Source: a virus (taxonomy: Duplodnaviria > Caudoviricetes). From it: a stretch of 61,193 bases of DNA. Every line of letters starts with the position of its first letter. Position 1 is the stretch's first letter. Below the pieces are notes generated by a model. The model saw only the letters and a list, made by a program, of their open reading frames with translations, had not been told where the DNA came from and searched no databases. Below are positions 60,198 to 61,193 of the stretch, in pieces. A program made the translations under genes and the position numbers. The DNA is taken from positions 1 through 61,193 of IMG/VR virus record IMGVR_UViG_3300027419_000034; one strand, written 5' to 3'.

Positions 60198-61193
60198 TAC
60201 ATAGTCGCCCTCTTATAATCATCAACCAAGTAACTATTAACTTCTCTAGCCACTTCTCTAACATCAAGACTAGAACTCATATTAGCATTAATAATAATAG
60301 TATTATTACCAACACTACCAATCTGATTAAGAGGAATAATAGCTTCCGGCCCTGCTTCTCCAACCATACCTAGAGTAGGCTTATTAACTATTCCACCATC
60401 AGCAAATAAGTGAAATCCGGGAATCCAGTCACTACCACCAGTAGAATTAGAAGATTTTATTCCAAGCATAGTTAAAACATTATTAATAGCTCCAGCAACC
60501 ATACTAAAAGCATCAACAAATAAGTCTATTACTGGTTTAATAGTAAGATAATAAACTCCTTCTATAGCTTTAGCTATTCCAGATACTATCTTATCAATAG
60601 CTTTTGCTATATCATCAAAATTTCCAGTAAGAATACCCTTAATAATTGCAACTGCTAGTTGAATTACTCCTGTTATAATATCCCAAAAACCCTGAAATAA
60701 TTTAGTTATACCAGTAAAGAAATTATCTATTAGATGAGTTATTAATGTTACAAAACCATTAAAATTAAGTAATATAGAAGCAATTAATAATACTATTAAA
60801 GCTATAACTGCTATAGATGCTCCACCAAGAGTAGTAATAATACCCGGAATAAACGTAGAAGTAATCCAAGTAATTATATTAGCAAGAATAATAGCAAGTT
60901 TACCAGTTCCAAAAAATATTTCTAATTGAGCAGCAAAAGATATCAAACCCAAAATAATACCAGATATTAAAGTAAACAATCCAATAACAATCTTTAAAGA
61001 ATCAGGAAGCCCACTAACTATATCCAATACCCAAACAAGAGGGTCAATAAGTAAAAGCATAGCAGGTAAGAACAATAATTCAAATATAGCTCCAATTAAC
61101 TCCATTATACCAGCAGCTTCTATAGCTGGTTGTAACATACCTTGAACTGCTCTCTGCGCTTGCATAGCTAAGAACATTACAGAAAGATTTTCT
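60197..61193 (-). CDS. Tape measure protein, C-terminal part
   Basis: Hydrophobic helical repeats; FADGGIVNKPT.G.VGEAGPEAIIPL. Confidence 0.85.
   Translation of the reverse strand, partial: ENLSVMFLAMQAQRAVQGMLQPAIEAAGIMELIGAIFELLFLPAMLLLIDPLVWVLDIVSGLPDSLKIVIGLFTLISGIILGLISFAAQLEIFFGTGKLAIILANIITWITSTFIPGIITTLGGASIAVIALIVLLIASILLNFNGFVTLITHLIDNFFTGITKLFQGFWDIITGVIQLAVAIIKGILTGNFDDIAKAIDKIVSGIAKAIEGVYYLTIKPVIDLFVDAFSMVAGAINNVLTMLGIKSSNSTGGSDWIPGFHLFADGGIVNKPTLGMVGEAGPEAIIPLNQIGSVGNNTIIINANMSSSLDVREVAREVNSYLVDDYKRATM
60994..61193. repeat. Terminal direct repeat (copy 2)
   Basis: Matches 1-200. Confidence 0.97.

Noticed and set aside
1-61193. Alternative genetic code (stop-codon reassignment)
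   Set aside because: Genes are long and end at TAA, TAG and TGA normally; no suppressor tRNA; only one in-frame TAA

Overview
This window is almost certainly a complete, circularly permuted genome (~60,993 bp) of a tailed (HK97-fold, siphovirus-like) archaeal virus. Bases 1-200 repeat at 60994-61193 with one mismatch. Evidence for an archaeal host: GGTGA-type RBSs, oligo-T terminators, Hjc/MCM/AEP-primase-like genes, and tRNA identity elements (A1-U72 initiator Met and Gln, C1-G72 short-arm Tyr, G1-C72 Pro). The minus strand (1-18.4 kb, 55.6-61.2 kb) holds packaging, head and tail genes, a G/GT-type -1 frameshift and a probable lysis pair. The plus strand (18.9-55.6 kb) holds small early genes, replication/recombination genes and 29 intron-less tRNAs covering all 20 amino acids; four have A34 anticodons and one is Ile(UAU). 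I saw no DNA polymerase or integrase. The most notable items are: (1) a four-gene Ubl-E1-E2-JAB ubiquitin-like conjugation operon; (2) a ~900-nt ORF-free, extensively base-paired candidate ncRNA plus several smaller ones; (3) a 111-nt tRNA-Ala-mimic/tmRNA-like RNA; (4) a stand-alone NrdD glycyl-radical peptide just upstream of the large terminase gene; (5) a ChaB fused to an apparently inactive DNA-ligase domain in the head module; (6) an interrupted RNA ligase. All calls come from reading motifs by eye; no searches or folding programs were run.
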